Positions 32,727 through 43,052 of a stretch of DNA of 64,000 nucleotides are shown here, piece after piece. The DNA is taken from the NCBI GenBank assembly GCA_964440095.1, contig CAYTPZ010000003.1, positions 21,671-85,670 of the forward strand, read 5' to 3'. The stretch is from an uncultured bacterium (lineage in GTDB: Bacteria > Krumholzibacteriota > Krumholzibacteriia > JACNKJ01). Made by a program: the position numbers and the translations under genes. Every line of letters begins with the position of its first letter. Within the stretch, counting starts at the first letter, position 1. Under the pieces are notes generated by a model, which was not told where the DNA came from, did not search any database, and worked only from the letters and a program-made list of their open reading frames with translations.

Positions 32727-35700
32727 TTACTTAACAAGCACCATCTTGTCGGTGAAGACCTTGCTGTCAGCGTGCAGCTTGTAGAAGTACACACCACTGG
32801 CAGTCTTGTAACCGTTATTGTCGGTGCCATCCCAGACGATCTCATGGTTCTGAGCGTCCAGGTGACCATCATGCAGGACCCTAACCGCACGTCCGGTGAT
32901 GTCGTAAACCGTGAGGTTCACGTCGCCGGCGTTCGCCGTGGCGAAGCGGATGGTGGTCTTGGGGTTGAAGGGATTCGGGAAGTTGCCGTCCAGACGAGTG
33001 TAGGCCGGAACTTCCGGAGCATCGATGATCTCGCCGCCACTCTTATCGAAGACGTTCCGGAGAACTTCGCCGACATAGTAGCGGTGATAGGTGATACCGG
33101 CGGATGTAGCGTAGCCGGCGTCACGAACGTGATAGTAGGAATAAGGATTGAACACGACCTTGGTGAGAATGTCAGTGCCCACATCGTTGTAAGGCTGACC
33201 ATTACCATCGGGATCGTTGTTCAGGATACCGGCCTTGGCGTTGTCACCAGGGTCGACTTCCCATTCCTGGAAGGTTTCGGTGAGTGAGCCCGTAGGAGCA
33301 ACCAGCGCAAAGTCACTGGTCACAGGGCAGCCACCGAAGACCCAGTAGTACGGATCGCCGCCGAGATACTGCAGCAGCGGGTGAGTTCCGTACACCAACG
33401 GCACCACGACACCAGTACGGTCGTCGTAGTAGATGGAGGATTCGACCAGGCTGGCACCAAGGACGCCCGTCAGGAACGAATCGCCCTGATCCAGATCATT
33501 GGCCATGTTGTCACCCAGGAACCACGCATAGGTGGACTGGGTGGCAAGCGCGATCCAGTCGGTGATGAGCAAGTCATCACGGGTCTTATGCTCTTCATCG
33601 CACACGGATCCGTCGCCGATGTTACCTGAGTCCCAGATCATGCAGTCGTAGACCGCGATGTCACTGAGTTCCGCACGACTGGCAAGACCATTACTCTGAC
33701 CCGAGCTGGGAGCCTGGGTGTAGTAACGATCGTAAACTTCGAAACCATTATAGGTCAAAGCTTCACGCCAGTAGGGCAAAAGACCACGATCATCTTCCAC
33801 GAAGAGCATGGTGCTGTTACCGCTGGGCAGGCAGCGCAGCGTGTAATAGTTACGCAGATCTTCGTCCATGGAACCGGCATAGTCCGGGATGACCGACTGG
33901 CTGCCGTTGGCGCTCCAACCCTCGAAAAAGATTTCCAGCTCGTCGCCGGGCAGGAAGAAGGCGTCGTTCAAGTCGAACGCCCAATTGTTCTCCTGAGGAA
34001 TGGAGTTACCAGCGTAGTGCGCAAAGTCACATACGGCCTTGTTCCAGATCAATCCGGAACCGACGGGATACTCCTCGGCGCCGATCCAGGGGGAGTAGCA
34101 GAGACCATCAAGGTCGGTCTGCAGGTCGCCCAGCTCGGGATCACCAGAAGCACCGGTCACGTCACCGGCGTTGGGGCCGGAAACGATGCGCCAGTACATA
34201 TAGACCTTAGCGCGATCTTCATTAGCCTCGGCCACATATTCCATGGCCACGCCGCCATCGAGGTCGGCATTGAAGGTCACAACGGTCGAGTCGACGATGG
34301 AAACGGGAACCGCTTCGTCACTCCAGTCAAAATCACCGGCGTGGTCGATACGGACGAATCCGCTGCCATCGGCGAAGTTATCCTGGAAACGGTCGGGGGA
34401 ATCGTAGGACCAGCTCAGAGCTGAACCCGCGACGATTCCAATCTTCATGTTGTCGAAGAAGGGCGGCGGAGGATGACTCTCACCGCTACCGTTCTGGTCG
34501 CACCAGTATTCACACATATCAACGCAGCTCAGGCGAACGGCGATACCCTCGATGGGTACGCCACCAGCAGAGTCAGCGAGATACTCGGTAACGTTCACAA
34601 TCCAGTGGTCCCAGATTTTGAAGTCTCCGTAATACACGTAGTTATCATTGGCGAAGGAATTCAGGCAGGGAATACCCTCGACCTGAGCAGCCACGTCAAA
34701 GCTGAAGAAAATCAGTGGATCCATGGGGTTATCCCGATAGACCCAATAGTCAAAGATGACGTTACTGTCAGCAGTGATTTCGAAGTCCACACCCATAACG
34801 CCACCGTTCTGGTCGACGGACAGGAGGGGACTCTGCACGGAGTTGTCCACGTAGGGAGGCCCGTAGGCGATCACAGGGTGGTTTCCGTACTCAGGATTCA
34901 GAGTGAGCAGATCGAAGAAGGCCCAAGCGAAGGTCGTGTTGACCGTGCAGGGATCCTCCGAACGGAGGCTCTCGTACAGCGTGGCGTAATCGCCGGCGCC
35001 TTGGGGAGCCGTGAAGGTGATCATCGGATCAGCAGTGCCGTCTTCGAAGTCCTCAAGAAGGACATCCGTACCGTCGGCATTGATGATGATGTTGTCCATC
35101 CAGACAGCACCGAAGATCGTGGGGAACAGGTTGTCCTCGTCAGACCACGCACCGTCAGCGCTGAACGCAAAAACAACATCGCCCAGGTTACCGGTGACGT
35201 TGAAGTTCACGTCATCCAGGAATCCCGTCGGGCCTTCGGTGTTTTCGACGTGAATGGAGCCGAGGCTTCCATCCTGCTCAACCCAAACAGTGAAGTAATC
35301 CCACTGGGTACCTTCGAAGTAGGAAGTGTAGTCGTAGGTGATATCCAGCACGGCGCTGGAATCAAGATCGACTCTCAACCACTGGTTCCAGTTGTTACCG
35401 TAGCCGGTCGGGTTTTCCCAACCGCACTGATCTTCGGCACCACACCAAGCGGCATAAGTGTTTTCAAGATCACCGGGATCAAAGGGAAGCGCAGCGCTCA
35501 TGTCGGTATCGGTGCCCGCACAAATGGCAGTCTCAGCGACGTGCCAGAAGATATCGAGCTGGGCGGTGTTATCAACACCGAACCATCCACCGGGAGCTGC
35601 TTCGTTTTCCTGGGTGCCGGGATTGAACCAATCAAAGCTCCAACCACGACCGAACTCGTCGGTACCAGGAGATCCGAAAGAACCAGGGCCTGAAGCCGCA

Positions 35701-35897
35701 AACAGCCACAGCGTATCTTCACGCGCGTCGTTGTGCGTCATCGGAACCACGGAACCCGGATCGGGTGCCGCGATCTGGGCCTGCTCGCCAAGATTCATGG
35801 CGGGACGGGCCAAACCGACGGAAGTAAAGACCAGAGTTAGCATCGCTAAGCTCAAGGTCAGGGAGAGAATTCTCTTCATGTTACCCCCCAAATGCAT
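32727..35897 (-). CDS. Hypothetical large secreted protein (1056 aa) with T9SS-type C-terminal sorting domain
   Basis: Signal peptide. C-terminal FPNPFNPKTTIRFATANAGDVNLTVYDITGRAV...SGVYFYKL. Confidence 0.7.
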   Translation of the reverse strand: MHLGGNMKRILSLTLSLAMLTLVFTSVGLARPAMNLGEQAQIAAPDPGSVVPMTHNDAREDTLWLFAASGPGSFGSPGTDEFGRGWSFDWFNPGTQENEAAPGGWFGVDNTAQLDIFWHVAETAICAGTDTDMSAALPFDPGDLENTYAAWCGAEDQCGWENPTGYGNNWNQWLRVDLDSSAVLDITYDYTSYFEGTQWDYFTVWVEQDGSLGSIHVENTEGPTGFLDDVNFNVTGNLGDVVFAFSADGAWSDEDNLFPTIFGAVWMDNIIINADGTDVLLEDFEDGTADPMITFTAPQGAGDYATLYESLRSEDPCTVNTTFAWAFFDLLTLNPEYGNHPVIAYGPPYVDNSVQSPLLSVDQNGGVMGVDFEITADSNVIFDYWVYRDNPMDPLIFFSFDVAAQVEGIPCLNSFANDNYVYYGDFKIWDHWIVNVTEYLADSAGGVPIEGIAVRLSCVDMCEYWCDQNGSGESHPPPPFFDNMKIGIVAGSALSWSYDSPDRFQDNFADGSGFVRIDHAGDFDWSDEAVPVSIVDSTVVTFNADLDGGVAMEYVAEANEDRAKVYMYWRIVSGPNAGDVTGASGDPELGDLQTDLDGLCYSPWIGAEEYPVGSGLIWNKAVCDFAHYAGNSIPQENNWAFDLNDAFFLPGDELEIFFEGWSANGSQSVIPDYAGSMDEDLRNYYTLRCLPSGNSTMLFVEDDRGLLPYWREALTYNGFEVYDRYYTQAPSSGQSNGLASRAELSDIAVYDCMIWDSGNIGDGSVCDEEHKTRDDLLITDWIALATQSTYAWFLGDNMANDLDQGDSFLTGVLGASLVESSIYYDDRTGVVVPLVYGTHPLLQYLGGDPYYWVFGGCPVTSDFALVAPTGSLTETFQEWEVDPGDNAKAGILNNDPDGNGQPYNDVGTDILTKVVFNPYSYYHVRDAGYATSAGITYHRYYVGEVLRNVFDKSGGEIIDAPEVPAYTRLDGNFPNPFNPKTTIRFATANAGDVNLTVYDITGRAVRVLHDGHLDAQNHEIVWDGTDNNGYKTASGVYFYKLHADSKVFTDKMVLVK

Positions 35898-36246
35898 TGG
35901 TTAACATTGAGACGAACTAGTTCAGGCCAATAAATGACCCGTGGGGCAAGCAAGAGTGGTAATCCCGATACCGACTCAAATGCCCGCAGCTGGCGAAACG
36001 TCCGAAGACTATTCAACCCACCACAGGAATCAACTGCGGGATCGATACGGCCTGGGAGACTTCCAAGATAGCGGAGAGGGAACCCACGTGCAGTTTCCCC
36101 ACGAGCAACCCCCGAAAGCAAATTTCCCACTCAATACCTCCGGCATTCTATCACTTCGTGGACTGGCATGTCAAGAAACCGAAAAGGGTCCGCCAAGGGG
36201 CGGACCCAATCTTTTCCCTTGATTTCCATAGACTTGCCAATTCGGC

Positions 36247-38403
36247 TTAGCCCTCTTCACGCTCTCCTTCGAGGACGACCTCCTGGAATCCGGCGAAAAA
36301 TCTGAAGATTCTTGCTAACTCACCCAGGAATGCCAATCGATTTCTACGAAGATCCTCTTCGGGGGCCAGAACCATGACGCCGTCAAAAAAGGCGTCGATG
36401 CGAGGCCCCAGGCCGGCCAGAAGCCGGTAAGCTTCATCGAACTGACGGGCGTCGGCGTGACCCTTGAGGTCGGCGACCATGGCCAGGAACTCATCATGGA
36501 GCGATTTCTCGGCATCCTCCCTAAGGAGGGTGGCCTGGAATTCCATCTCCCCCATCTGGCCTTCGGCCCAAGCCTCAAGGCTCAGGTACGAATCGCCGCC
36601 ATCGGCGCTCAATCCTTCCTTGGCCAAGATGTTTCCCACCCGGCGAGCGCCCATGACCAACTGCTCGAAGGCCTCTTCACCCCGCAAAGAGTTGAGCGCC
36701 AAGGCGCGCGCCCGAAGATCGAGGGTACGGCTTTCGCCGGTGGCGAGAACCGCCCGGAAGATATCCGGCGCGACGCCTTCGTCTTCGAGCATTCCTTCCA
36801 GGCGACCATGGAAGAAGTCCAGCAGGAGCGGCACGAGAGCATCCCGGTCCAGGCTGGGATAATCTTGAAGCGCCAGGTGGAGGAGATCTGAAAGACAGAG
36901 GGGCCATTCTTTGCCGATAAGCAGGCGCATGACGGCCAGTGCCTGACGGCGCAGCGCGTAGGGATCCTTGGATCCTGTGGGAGCGAAGCCGCCTCCCCAG
37001 AAACCCACGATGGCATCGAGACGATCGGCCAAGGACAGGATGGATCCTTCCGCACCCTCGGGCAGGCGATCACCGGCACTCCGTGGGAAGAAGTGTTCGT
37101 AGAGGGCGATGGCACCCTTCTCGCCGGCGCCTTCCTTCCGAGCGTACTGCCAGCCCATGTAGCCCTGGAGCTTGGTGAACTCCTTGCCGTCCTTCACCAT
37201 TTCACTGGCCTGATCGGCCTTGGCGTAACGGGCGGCCCATTCCAGCGCTTCGCGGTCGAGATCATCCAGTTTTAGAAGATCGGCAATGCGCAGGCTGAGT
37301 TTGCCCATACGGGCCACGCGCTCGGCAACCGTACCGAAGCCCTCCAGCCAGAGAACCGATTCGAGCCGGCGGTTAAGACCATCGAGCCCGGCCTTGAGAT
37401 CGTCTCTCCAGTAGAAGCGGGCATCTTCCAGACGGGCCAGGAGCACGCGAACGTTGCCTTCGAGCACCACTTCGGGCGCTTGAACGGGACCGTTGGTCAC
37501 CACCACAAAACCCGGAAGCAACTCACCGGATGCATCCTCCACGGAGAAGTAGCGCTGATGCGATTTCATGGCCGTGCTGATAACCTCGCGGGGCAACTCC
37601 AGAAAGGTGTCGGGAAAGCGGCCGGCCATGGCGGCCGGGCCTTCCACCAGATAGTTGACCGTATCCAACAACTCGGAATCGGCCACCAGCTTGCCACCCA
37701 GCTCCTGGGCGGCCGCGCTGGCCATTTCGTGAATGGCCGCTTTTCGTGAGGCCGGATCAGCCAGAACCTTGGCAGCCAGGAGAGCCGATTCATAGTCGTC
37801 GGCATGGGACAAACTCACCGGACCCGGGGCCAGCCGGCGATGGCCACGGCTTTCGGTGCCGGCGCTGAGAGTGCCTAGCTGGAAATCCAGGGCATCCTCG
37901 CCCAGCATGGCCACGACCCAGCGGATGGGACGCGCGAAACGCAGACTGCCGTCACCCCAGGTCATGGTCTTGGGAAATCTCAGGGAAAGGATCATGGCCG
38001 GTAGAGCTTCCGCCAGTAATTCCGCGCTACCGCGGCCCCTGCGAAGCACCCGAGCCGCCAGGTAGGGCCCCTTGGGTGTTTCGAGTTCGTAGCAATCGTC
38101 CAGGGAAATGCCCTGCCCCCTAGCGAAGCCTTCGGCTGCCTTGCTGGGTTGGCCATCGCGATAGGCGGCCTTCATGGGCGGGCCACTCACTTCCAATTCC
38201 AGGTCTTCCTGGCTCGTGGTCAGATCCGACACCAGCAGGGCCAGGCGGCGGGGCGTGGCGAAACGGTGAATTTCTCCATGGGACAAGCGCTGCTCGTCCA
38301 ACCAAGCGGAGAGGGCATCGCCCAACTGAGTCAGGGCGGGCTCCACGTAGGCGACGGGCAGTTCCTCCACGCCGATTTCCAGCAGGAAGCTTTTCTTATT
38401 CAT
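36247..38403 (-). CDS. glyS: Glycine--tRNA ligase beta subunit
   Basis: N-terminus [20 protein letters not shown]. 718 aa. Directly downstream of glyQ with an 8-nt overlap. Confidence 0.93.
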   Translation of the reverse strand: MNKKSFLLEIGVEELPVAYVEPALTQLGDALSAWLDEQRLSHGEIHRFATPRRLALLVSDLTTSQEDLELEVSGPPMKAAYRDGQPSKAAEGFARGQGISLDDCYELETPKGPYLAARVLRRGRGSAELLAEALPAMILSLRFPKTMTWGDGSLRFARPIRWVVAMLGEDALDFQLGTLSAGTESRGHRRLAPGPVSLSHADDYESALLAAKVLADPASRKAAIHEMASAAAQELGGKLVADSELLDTVNYLVEGPAAMAGRFPDTFLELPREVISTAMKSHQRYFSVEDASGELLPGFVVVTNGPVQAPEVVLEGNVRVLLARLEDARFYWRDDLKAGLDGLNRRLESVLWLEGFGTVAERVARMGKLSLRIADLLKLDDLDREALEWAARYAKADQASEMVKDGKEFTKLQGYMGWQYARKEGAGEKGAIALYEHFFPRSAGDRLPEGAEGSILSLADRLDAIVGFWGGGFAPTGSKDPYALRRQALAVMRLLIGKEWPLCLSDLLHLALQDYPSLDRDALVPLLLDFFHGRLEGMLEDEGVAPDIFRAVLATGESRTLDLRARALALNSLRGEEAFEQLVMGARRVGNILAKEGLSADGGDSYLSLEAWAEGQMGEMEFQATLLREDAEKSLHDEFLAMVADLKGHADARQFDEAYRLLAGLGPRIDAFFDGVMVLAPEEDLRRNRLAFLGELARIFRFFAGFQEVVLEGEREEG

Positions 38404-39280
38404 CGACGCCCTCTCCCTTCAGCAGAGGAAATCCCAGGTCTTCGCGCTGCTGCATATAGGCCTGAGCGGATTTCCGGGCGAGGTTGCGAACCCTGGTGAT
38501 GTATCCCGTGCGTTCGGACACGCTGATGGCGCCGCGGGCTTCCAGCACATTGAACAGATGGGAGCACTTGATGACGTAGTCGTAGCCCGGAGCGACCAAA
38601 CCCGCTTCCAGGAGGCGGCCGGCTTCCCTTTCAAACTTCGTGAAAAGCTCGAAGTGCAGGGTCGTGTCGGCCTCCTCGAAATTGTACTTGGAAAAGTCCA
38701 CCTCGTAGGCACGGTTCACGTCGCCCCAGCTGAGGCCGCCGCCCCAGTCCAGGTCCATCACATGATCCACGCCCTGCAGATACATGGCGATGCGCAGAAG
38801 CCCGTAGGTGAGTTCGGCGGTGATGGGCTTCAGATCGAAGCCTCCCACATGCTGGAAGTAGGTGAACTGTGTGATCTCCATGCCGTCCAGCCACACTTCC
38901 CAACCCAGACCTTTTGCGCCCAGGGTGGGGCTTTCCCAGTCGTCTTCCACAAAGCGGATCTCGTGTTTGTCCAGGTCGATGCCGATGTGGCGCAGGCTCT
39001 CCAGATAGAGTTCCTGCACATTGGGCGGTTCGGGTTTGAGGATGACCTGATACTGAAGGAACTGCTGCACGCGATTGGGATTCTCGCCATAGCGGCCGTC
39101 CTTGGGACGCCGACTGGGCTCAACATAGGCAGCCTTCCAAGGCTCGGGGCCCAGCACACGAAGGAAGGTGGCCGGGTTGAAAGTGCCGGCCCCCACTTCG
39201 GAATTGTAGGGCTGCAAGAGCACGCATCCCTGGTCGGACCAGAACTGCGAAAGGCGGAGGATCATCTCCTGGTAGTTCAT
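38396..39280 (-). CDS. glyQ: Glycine--tRNA ligase alpha subunit
   Basis: [25 protein letters not shown]...EVGAGTFNP is the class II GlyQ signature. Confidence 0.95.
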   Translation of the reverse strand: MNYQEMILRLSQFWSDQGCVLLQPYNSEVGAGTFNPATFLRVLGPEPWKAAYVEPSRRPKDGRYGENPNRVQQFLQYQVILKPEPPNVQELYLESLRHIGIDLDKHEIRFVEDDWESPTLGAKGLGWEVWLDGMEITQFTYFQHVGGFDLKPITAELTYGLLRIAMYLQGVDHVMDLDWGGGLSWGDVNRAYEVDFSKYNFEEADTTLHFELFTKFEREAGRLLEAGLVAPGYDYVIKCSHLFNVLEARGAISVSERTGYITRVRNLARKSAQAYMQQREDLGFPLLKGEGVDE

Positions 39281-40053
39281 TGTTTCGGCTCCTGGCCGGC
39301 TTTGCTTCCCGCTGGCCTGAGCATCTCCAGGGACCGCGGAAGTCGGTAGCCCGGCAGATGTCGGCTGAGAATCAGGTGTAGGATCCGGCCCATTCGGCGG
39401 CGAAGCTCGGCATCCATCTGCTGGCCACGCAATGCCGATGGGGCGTTTTGGAAGAGAGATACTAAGCAGTCCCTATCGACCCGCGCAAGGTCCATCCCCT
39501 CGTTGTCGAGTTCTGCCAGGGCAAAGGCTCCTTCTCCGGGCAGAAACTTGATGTCCTGGTTCGTCAGGGACTTTCCACTGAGGGCGCAATCCTCCAGAGA
39601 AGGCAGACTGCCGTGCAATTGAAGAATCGAGGCCTCGTAGGCGAAGAAGGGCATGAAGCCGTCTTCATCCTTGTCCTCGAAAATGGAAAGGTAGTCTTCA
39701 AGCAATTCGAATAGCCCGTCCACGGGCTCATCGTTGTTGCTGCCTGCTCCGGCCAGCTCCAGACCCGCCAGACGCAGGGCCAGGCTCTCCAGTCGAGCCG
39801 AGGTGGGAGGAATGCCGCCGGATAGGGAGATCTCCTTTATAAGGTGGAGCCCCTCCTTGCCCTTCAGATAGAGGACCACCTCCAGGGGCGTTCCCGGTTC
39901 CAGCAGGCCACGAAATTTGCTTTTGGGGTCGCGAGCCCCCTTGGCCACTGCGCGGCGCAGGCCCTCTTCTGCACAAAGCATTTGCACGATGAGGCTTGTT
40001 TCGCCCAGGGCATAAGTGCGCAAAACGCGAGCGCGGTCACGAACCAGGTTCAT
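39277..40053 (-). CDS. recO: DNA repair protein RecO
   Basis: [26 protein letters not shown]...AKGAR is the RecO N-terminal OB-fold region. The track ORF (to 40299) has an implausible extension. The Met at ~40053 overlaps the upstream stop (ATGA). Confidence 0.8.
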   Translation of the reverse strand: MNLVRDRARVLRTYALGETSLIVQMLCAEEGLRRAVAKGARDPKSKFRGLLEPGTPLEVVLYLKGKEGLHLIKEISLSGGIPPTSARLESLALRLAGLELAGAGSNNDEPVDGLFELLEDYLSIFEDKDEDGFMPFFAYEASILQLHGSLPSLEDCALSGKSLTNQDIKFLPGEGAFALAELDNEGMDLARVDRDCLVSLFQNAPSALRGQQMDAELRRRMGRILHLILSRHLPGYRLPRSLEMLRPAGSKAGQEPKQ

Positions 40054-40649
40054 AGGAAATCGCGCAATCGACAAGCGATGAGCAGGTAGATGGCCAAGGT
40101 GACGATCATGATCACGAAGCCGTTGATGATCGAGACCTCCGCCTCTCGGGCGATGAGGCGACGGGTTTCGCCCTCGCGGATTTCGCCGGTAGCCAGGCCG
40201 CGCACCACGATGGTCGAAGATTGAATGCCGATGTTTCCCGCCAGGGCCATGATCACCGGCACAAAGAAGGCCAGTTCCAGCACCTCGGCCAGGGCCCACT
40301 CGAAGCCCTGGAGGATACGTCCCGAAGCGAAACCGCCAAGCAGACCCAGCAACAGCCAGGGCAGGCGCGCCCGACTTACGCGGAAGATTCGCCCGGGACG
40401 GAGTGACAGTTCGCTGACACCGGCGAAGCGGGAGAGATCCTCGGTGGCCTCTTCCTCCTGGTCCATGTCCGTCGTGGCGCGCACAGGATTGGGGTCCATG
40501 AAGGTCTTCATGGGCATGCCCGGCCGGGCCAAAACCATATCGCGCAGGCTCAGGCTGCCTTTGAGATGGCGGGCGTCGTCCACGAGGTAGACATTGTAGA
40601 GTTCGCGAATGCGATCGCCCAAGGGTGCGTCGCGGGAATCCATGATCAA
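40050..40649 (-). CDS. Short MgtE-family Mg2+ transporter (single CBS + TM domain; no MgtE_N domain)
   Basis: CBS-like N-terminus followed by the MgtE TM region (RLPWLLLGLLGGFASG...ALAGNIGIQSSTIVVRGLATGEI). Only ~200 aa against ~450 for canonical MgtE. TTG/ATG start overlaps the upstream stop. Confidence 0.65.
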   Translation of the reverse strand: MIMDSRDAPLGDRIRELYNVYLVDDARHLKGSLSLRDMVLARPGMPMKTFMDPNPVRATTDMDQEEEATEDLSRFAGVSELSLRPGRIFRVSRARLPWLLLGLLGGFASGRILQGFEWALAEVLELAFFVPVIMALAGNIGIQSSTIVVRGLATGEIREGETRRLIAREAEVSIINGFVIMIVTLAIYLLIACRLRDFL

Positions 40650-41302
40650 CTCGATGTCTTCACGAGGGGAATCTCATCATCGGGCAGGACCGTCCCTCCC
40701 GAGACGATGACATTCAGGGCCTCCTCGACGCTTAGATCGGGATAGATAACGCTGTCGGTGGGAATTAGGAGAAAGAAACCCGAAGTGGGATTAGGGCTGG
40801 TGGGCACGAAGACGTGTAGCATCTCCCGAGGATCGCCTTTCAAATACCTACTACCGTTCCCGTCCACTCCGTCCTCGTCCCAGGTGATGCCATGGATACG
40901 CCTCTTGGAGCGGTTCGTCACGAAACCCAATGACCAGATTCCCGACTTGGGATATTCGAAGCAGACTACACCCTTGTAGGCGTCCTGTTTTTGGATAACA
41001 GAAAGGAGCTGATCGATGGCGTGAAAAACCTTGCCGACCAGGGGCAGGCGCAGGACGATTCTTCTCCAGACGGAACTGAGCTGCCGGCCCATGAAACTAC
41101 TGGCTAAAAATCCCGCCAGAACGATGATGACCAGCACGGCCAGAAATCCGAGACCTGGAATCTGCCAGGGAATGTAACGGTCGAGCAGGGGCCGCAAAAG
41201 CTCATCGAGCCAGATGAAGAGCTTCCAGAAGACCCAGATGGTCACCACCGTGGGCAGAAGCAGCACCAGACCACCGACGAATGCCCGCCTCAGGAATCTC
41301 AT
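40646..41302 (-). CDS. DUF502 family membrane protein
   Basis: MRFLRRAFVGGLVLLLPTVVTIWVFWKLFIWLDELL...IPGLGFLAVLVIIVLAGFLASSFMGRQL...VVCFEYPKSGIWSLGFVT matches DUF502 architecture. Confidence 0.7.
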   Translation of the reverse strand: MRFLRRAFVGGLVLLLPTVVTIWVFWKLFIWLDELLRPLLDRYIPWQIPGLGFLAVLVIIVLAGFLASSFMGRQLSSVWRRIVLRLPLVGKVFHAIDQLLSVIQKQDAYKGVVCFEYPKSGIWSLGFVTNRSKRRIHGITWDEDGVDGNGSRYLKGDPREMLHVFVPTSPNPTSGFFLLIPTDSVIYPDLSVEEALNVIVSGGTVLPDDEIPLVKTSS

Positions 41303-42591
41303 GATTCATCCTCCCGCTCACCACTTTCGGAGTCGGCGGCTTCCACATCTTGGGCCAACCCTTCTTTATGTAGGATGACCTTGGCGATGCGTTGGCGCTG
41401 AACGCTTTCCACGCGGAAGGTGTAGCTGTCGAAGGAAACCTCGTCACCGGGGCTCAGGATTTTGCCGGCGTGAAACAGCAGAAGGCCGCCGAGAGATTCG
41501 TATCCCTCGCCCTCTTCGAATTCCGTGCCCAGCAAATCGCCCAGTTCTTCCAGATCGATCTTGGCGTCTACACGAGCCGTGCTCTGATCGATCATCTCGA
41601 AGAGATGTTCCTCGGTGTCATACTCATCGACGATCTCACCCACGATCTCCTCGATGAGATCCTCCAGGGTGACCAGGCCCTCGGTGCCGCCGTATTCATC
41701 CACCACCACGGCCATGTGTTGACGTTTCTCCTGGAAGCGCCCTAGCAGATCGCCAATGAGCTTGGTTTCCGGAATGAAGTAGGGCTCCCGAAGAATGGAC
41801 TTCAGATCCGGTTCCGCGCCTCTGATTTTGTAGCGGAGGAGATCCTTGGAATAGAGGATGCCGAGAATGTGATCCACCGTTTCGGCGAAAACCGGAACAC
41901 GGCTGTGACCGCAATCCACTGCAAAATCCAAGGCCTCGTTGAAAGGAGTTTCCACGTCGAGAGCGTTCACGTCGATGCGGGGAATCATCACCTCGCGCAC
42001 CTGCGTGTCGTGAAAATCAATGATGGACGAGATCATTTCCTGCTCGCCCTTTTCCAGCAGTTCGCTGCGAGCACCGGTCTCCACAAAGTCCTGTATCTCC
42101 CGCGTGCTAACCAAGGGGCCGGCCAGCATGAAGCCGCCTTCTAGATCGAATCGCGCCAGCAGAATTCGCATGAGGGAGGTCAGGGGATAGAGCAGGAAGA
42201 AGAGCGGAATGAAAACCCACCCCAATGCTGACAGGTGGGCTACGGGATACTTCTCGGCCAAGCTGCGAAAGAGACTTCCGAGTACCAGAACGATGACGCT
42301 GAGGGCCAACCAAAGGAGGAAGAAGTGCCAGGCGGAGTCGGCCATGGATACGAACCTAACGATACCAGCTGCCACGGAGCCGGTAAGTGCGATGAAGGGG
42401 AGCAGAAGCAGGGTGAGTGCCCACTCACGCGGCCAATGCTCACCCAGGCGTTCAGCGGGACTGGGATCGCGATCTTCCAGGACCTGAGGATCCATCCGTA
42501 TAAGCGTCGAGAATGCTGCCGAAAGCGCGCTAAAAAGCGCTGTGGCAAACAGTGACAGGATGAACCAGAACATCGCGTCCATGCGGATCAA
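41299..42591 (-). CDS. corC: HlyC/CorC (CNNM) family transporter: DUF21 + CBS pair + CorC_HlyC domain
   Basis: N-terminal 4-TM DUF21. CBS pair (VMIPRIDVNALDVETPFNEALDFAVDCGHSRVPVFAE). C-terminal transporter-associated domain. Conserved position after ybeY. Confidence 0.85.
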   Translation of the reverse strand: MIRMDAMFWFILSLFATALFSALSAAFSTLIRMDPQVLEDRDPSPAERLGEHWPREWALTLLLLPFIALTGSVAAGIVRFVSMADSAWHFFLLWLALSVIVLVLGSLFRSLAEKYPVAHLSALGWVFIPLFFLLYPLTSLMRILLARFDLEGGFMLAGPLVSTREIQDFVETGARSELLEKGEQEMISSIIDFHDTQVREVMIPRIDVNALDVETPFNEALDFAVDCGHSRVPVFAETVDHILGILYSKDLLRYKIRGAEPDLKSILREPYFIPETKLIGDLLGRFQEKRQHMAVVVDEYGGTEGLVTLEDLIEEIVGEIVDEYDTEEHLFEMIDQSTARVDAKIDLEELGDLLGTEFEEGEGYESLGGLLLFHAGKILSPGDEVSFDSYTFRVESVQRQRIAKVILHKEGLAQDVEAADSESGEREDES

Positions 42592-43052
42592 CTCCTCGAA
42601 TGGAAAAAATCGGCCAGGCGCTTTCGATAGGGTTCTTCGGCTTCGGCCATGCGTTCGGCCTCGTCCTCGTCCTCATGGTCCATGCCCATTATATGGAAGA
42701 GACCATGAATGACCAGCAACGATAACTCCTGTTCGGTTTCGTGCCCCAGGCGACCCGCCTGCTCCCGAGCGGTTTCCACCGATACGATGATTTCACCGAA
42801 GGGATCTTCCGCCCCATCGACTTCATCCGGGGTGGATCGCCCGTAGTGGAAGCTCAAGACATCGGTGGCCGAATCCTTCCCACGCCATTGTGAATTCACC
42901 TGGCGAATCTCATCGTCGTCCACGAAACTCAGCTCCACGGCATCGCAAGGTTCGCCGACCTCCTCGGCCAATTCCCTCAGGAAATTCAGCCAACTCGCCT
43001 TCGACTGGGCCAGCTCAGGAAATCTTGGCGTTGCTTGAATCGTCAGTTTCAA
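42588..43052 (-). CDS. ybeY: Endoribonuclease YbeY (rRNA maturation factor)
   Basis: Zinc motif HGLFHIMGMDHEDE. Probable TTG start with an AAGAGG RBS. The track ORF (to 43190) includes an extension that overlaps the upstream gene. Confidence 0.85.
   Translation of the reverse strand: MKLTIQATPRFPELAQSKASWLNFLRELAEEVGEPCDAVELSFVDDDEIRQVNSQWRGKDSATDVLSFHYGRSTPDEVDGAEDPFGEIIVSVETAREQAGRLGHETEQELSLLVIHGLFHIMGMDHEDEDEAERMAEAEEPYRKRLADFFHSRS

Noticed and set aside
40050-40649. MgtE homologue as a frameshifted pseudogene
   Set aside because: No MgtE_N or first-CBS coding remnant is visible in any frame upstream. The upstream space is occupied by an intact DUF502 gene with a 4-nt coupled junction. 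A natural short paralogue is more likely.
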